The position numbers and the translations under genes were made by a program. Under the pieces are notes generated by a model, which was given only the letters and a program-made list of their open reading frames with translations, had not been told where the DNA came from and ran no database searches. A stretch of DNA of 64,000 bases from Candidatus Eiseniibacteriota bacterium (lineage in GTDB: Bacteria; Eisenbacteria; RBG-16-71-46; CAZAMP01). The stretch is from NCBI GenBank assembly GCA_965224245.1, contig OZ245046.1, positions 3,520,001 to 3,584,000 of the forward strand, written 5' to 3'. Below, piece by piece: positions 61,300 through 64,000 of the stretch; the stretch's first letter is position 1, and each line of letters starts with the position of its first letter.

Positions 61300-62031
61300 C
61301 TAGTTGTCGCGGGTCCCCTGATCGATCCAGTCCGAGATCAGGAGAATGTCCGCGGGGTCCATGGGCGCGCCACCGAACGGCATCTGCTCCCCGAACCCGG
61401 CCGTCCCCAGGAGCTTCCGGACGATCACGCTTCCCGGTCCGTCACGCCGCGTCACCACCGGACCGTGATCGCTGTCGCCGCGGAGCAGCTCTTCGCGTGT
61501 CCCGAGAACGAAGTTGCCGCTGCCGACTCCCGTGTGGCAGGCGTAGCATCCGTAGCGCGCGCTGAAAAAGAGCGGCTCCACGTCCGCTTCGTAGGACACG
61601 AGCGCGGGCGCCACCTCGAACGGTAGCCCGTCGGTGGCACCGCCGTCCCCCACGACGACGATGTCGCCCGAGATCGCGCCCTCGGGAACGATGACCCGGA
61701 TCTCGTCATCGGACCACGAGACCACCTGCGCGTCGACGCGCCCGGCCGCGCCGGAGAACGCCACCCGCCGATCCCTCCGTGCGTCGCCGAGGTCACGCCC
61801 GACGACCCGCACCGTGTCCCCGACCACGGTGCGCGCCGGCACGCCGGACGAGAGAACCCCCGCCGGCCCCGCCGGCGAGTCGGGCGCCGGCGTCGGCGCG
61901 GATCCCAGGTCGCCACAGCCGACCAGCCCGGCCACGGCGAGCGCGCCGAGCCCGGGCCGCACGGCACGTGCCCTTCGACGAGTCTCGATCACTGTCGTCG
62001 CTCCTCGGCCATCCCTCGACGGTACCCGCAT
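61300..62031 (-). CDS. Lipoprotein with IPT/TIG-like domain and C-terminal cytochrome c domain (true start probably slightly downstream)
   Basis: Lipobox LVGC; SWSDDEIRVIVP; CYACH, QMP, ISDWIDQG. Confidence 0.75.
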   Translation of the reverse strand: MRVPSRDGRGATTVIETRRRARAVRPGLGALAVAGLVGCGDLGSAPTPAPDSPAGPAGVLSSGVPARTVVGDTVRVVGRDLGDARRDRRVAFSGAAGRVDAQVVSWSDDEIRVIVPEGAISGDIVVVGDGGATDGLPFEVAPALVSYEADVEPLFFSARYGCYACHTGVGSGNFVLGTREELLRGDSDHGPVVTRRDGPGSVIVRKLLGTAGFGEQMPFGGAPMDPADILLISDWIDQGTRDN

Positions 62032-62128
62032 CCGGCGGGTGGCGGCACGGCTCCATCGAGTGGATGCGGGGGCGGCGGCGAAAAATACCTGACGCTCGCG
62101 GACACGCCGGCGGCAGCGGACAGCAAGA

Positions 62129-62156
62129 CGCCCCGAGCCGCCGGGCGGTCGGGGCG
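62129..62156 (-). terminator. Hairpin downstream of the EF-G gene
   Basis: CGCCCCGA...TCGGGGCG stem followed by TCTTG on the minus strand. Confidence 0.5.
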
Positions 62157-62195
62157 CATGCAGGTCGCGGCGTCGCGCGCCGCGGGCGGCGGAGG

Positions 62196-64000
62196 CTACT
62201 CCTCGTCCTTGTCCTCGAACTTGGCCACGATCTGCTCCTGCACGTCGCCGGGAACGAGATCGTAGTGCGAGAACTCGATCGTGTAGCTGCCCTCGCCGGC
62301 CGTCATCGAGCGGAGCGCCGCGGGGTAGGTCTGCACCTCGCCCATCGGAATCTGCGCCTTGATGATCTGGAGATCACCCTGGGTGTCCATGCCCATGACA
62401 CGACCGCGACGGCCGTTCAGGTCACCGGTGATGTCGCCCATGTACTGGGCCGGCACGGCGACCGTGAGGTTCACGATGGGCTCCAGGAGCTTGGGCTTGG
62501 CCTCCTTCACGGCCTTCTTGATCGCCTCGCGGCCGGCGGTCTTGAATGCGACCTCCTTCGAGTCGACCGGGTGATGCTTGCCGTCGTAGAGCCGGACGCA
62601 GAGATCGACGACCGGATACCCGGCGATGATCCCGTTGTCCATCTTCTCGCGAACGCCCTTCTCGACCGCCGGGATGAACACGCCGGGGATCACGCCGCCG
62701 ACGATCTCGTTGACGAACTCGAACCCGGCGCCCCGCTCCCGTGGCTCGACCTTGATGTAGATCTCGCCGAACTGCCCGGCCCCGCCGGTCTGCTTCTTGT
62801 GCCGGTGGTGGGCCTGAACGGGCAGCGTGATGGTCTCGCGATACGGGATCCGGGGCAGCGCCGTGTCGACCTCGACCTTGAACCGCTCCTTGAGCTGCTT
62901 GAGCATGAGCTCGAGATGCAGCTCGGAGATACCACGGACCACGAGCTCCTTGGTGTCCGGATCGTGCTCGGCCACGAACGTGGGATCGGACTCCGCGAGC
63001 TTGTGGAGCGCCTCTCCCATCTTCGTCTCGTCGTTTCGAGACTTCGGGGTGATGGCACGGACGACCATGGGCCTGGGGTACTGGACGCGGTCGAAGGCCA
63101 TCTTGTCGCTGGCCGTGATCGTGTCGCCGAAGCTGAGGTTGTCCACCTTCGCCAGCATCAGCACGTCGCCGGCCTCGGCCTTGCCCGCGGGCTTCGCGTC
63201 CTTGCCCACCACCTTCTGGAAATCGCCGACCTTCTGGGACTTGCCGATCTCGACGTTCATGACGTTGGCGCCGGGCTCGCACGAGCCCGACCACACGCGC
63301 AGGAACGCCTGCTTGCCGACGGCGCCGTGCTGGACGCGGAACACCTGCCCCGCGAAGGGCGCGTCCGGCTTTACCTCGACCGCGTCGTCGCCCTTCGATC
63401 CCTTCGGGAGACGCTCGGCGTCGAGCGGGGACGGGAAGTACTCGCAGACGCTCTCCAGGAACTTGTTGAACCCGAAGTCGGCGTTGAGGCCGGTGAACAG
63501 GATCGGGGTGAACGTCCGGCGGGCGATCGCCTTGGGCATGATGCGATGGATCGCGTCCATGCCGATGTCGCCCTCCTCGAGGTACTGCTCCATCAGGGCG
63601 TCGTCGGCCTCGACCGCGGCCTCGACCGCCTCCATGCGGTACTGCTCGACCTGGTCCTTCACCGCGGCGGGCGCGTTCGCGACGTCGAACACGCTCGCCA
63701 CGCCCTCGATGGCGGGGCCCCACCCCACCGGCATCTCGATCGGAATGCAGCGATCCCCGAACACCGAGCGGATCTTCTCCATCGTGTCCTCGAACGTCGT
63801 GTGCTCGGTGTCGATCTTGGTGACGACGATCACGCGGCCCTTGCCGAACTCCTCGGCCATCTCCCAGACCTTGCGCGTGTTCACGCCGATTCCGTCGCTC
63901 GCGGAGATCGTCACGCAGACCGTCTCGGCGACCGGGATGCAGTTGTAGACCTCGCCGATGAAGTCGGGGAAGCCGGGCGTGTCGATGAGCGTGATGTCGT
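62196..64000 (-). CDS. fusA: Elongation factor G (probably the EF-G2-type paralog), 5' part outside the window
   Basis: IDTPGFPDF at the window edge, TKID, PYRETI, KKQTGGAGQFG, DGKHHPVDS, LLEPI. Confidence 0.93.
   Translation of the reverse strand, partial: DITLIDTPGFPDFIGEVYNCIPVAETVCVTISASDGIGVNTRKVWEMAEEFGKGRVIVVTKIDTEHTTFEDTMEKIRSVFGDRCIPIEMPVGWGPAIEGVASVFDVANAPAAVKDQVEQYRMEAVEAAVEADDALMEQYLEEGDIGMDAIHRIMPKAIARRTFTPILFTGLNADFGFNKFLESVCEYFPSPLDAERLPKGSKGDDAVEVKPDAPFAGQVFRVQHGAVGKQAFLRVWSGSCEPGANVMNVEIGKSQKVGDFQKVVGKDAKPAGKAEAGDVLMLAKVDNLSFGDTITASDKMAFDRVQYPRPMVVRAITPKSRNDETKMGEALHKLAESDPTFVAEHDPDTKELVVRGISELHLELMLKQLKERFKVEVDTALPRIPYRETITLPVQAHHRHKKQTGGAGQFGEIYIKVEPRERGAGFEFVNEIVGGVIPGVFIPAVEKGVREKMDNGIIAGYPVVDLCVRLYDGKHHPVDSKEVAFKTAGREAIKKAVKEAKPKLLEPIVNLTVAVPAQYMGDITGDLNGRRGRVMGMDTQGDLQIIKAQIPMGEVQTYPAALRSMTAGEGSYTIEFSHYDLVPGDVQEQIVAKFEDKDEE

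Overview
A very GC-rich, gene-dense bacterial chromosome segment with about 50 CDS. I recognised no rRNA, tRNA, CRISPR array or transposase. FlgD/T9SS-like C-termini, spoVG, khpA, a three-subunit sdhCAB and Fibrobacter-type LexA boxes suggest a diderm lineage in or near the FCB group (inference). In order, the window holds: an NtrY/NtrX-like sigma54 two-component pair followed by a sigma54-promoted TPR lipoprotein; khpA; three glycosyltransferases, a patatin and an outer-membrane protein; a HEAT + HD-GYP pair; ahcY; a DRG-type GTPase/Memo/YkgJ/queG operon; spoVG; mrfB-like exonuclease, yqeY, purF and a HAD hydrolase; a lexA-led operon (lexA, DUF6504-like, inactive Y-family polymerase, DUF72, MrfA-like helicase); GH130, FAH, an S8 pseudo-protease and a phosphodiesterase; hflKC; pduO; an M16 peptidase pair; sdhCAB; a TPR-CHAT/zinc anti-sigma/ECF sigma operon with a divergent S8 protease; yceI with two c-type cytochrome genes; and a partial EF-G. 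The four most notable candidates are (1) an unannotated ~165-nt structured RNA starting at the predicted +1 of a consensus sigma54 promoter, (2) a CRISPR-free CHAT protease/anti-sigma/sigma module, (3) an unusual SOS cassette with two visible operator palindromes, and (4) a Cyc2-like cytochrome-porin fusion. All family assignments come from motif recognition by eye, not from database searches.
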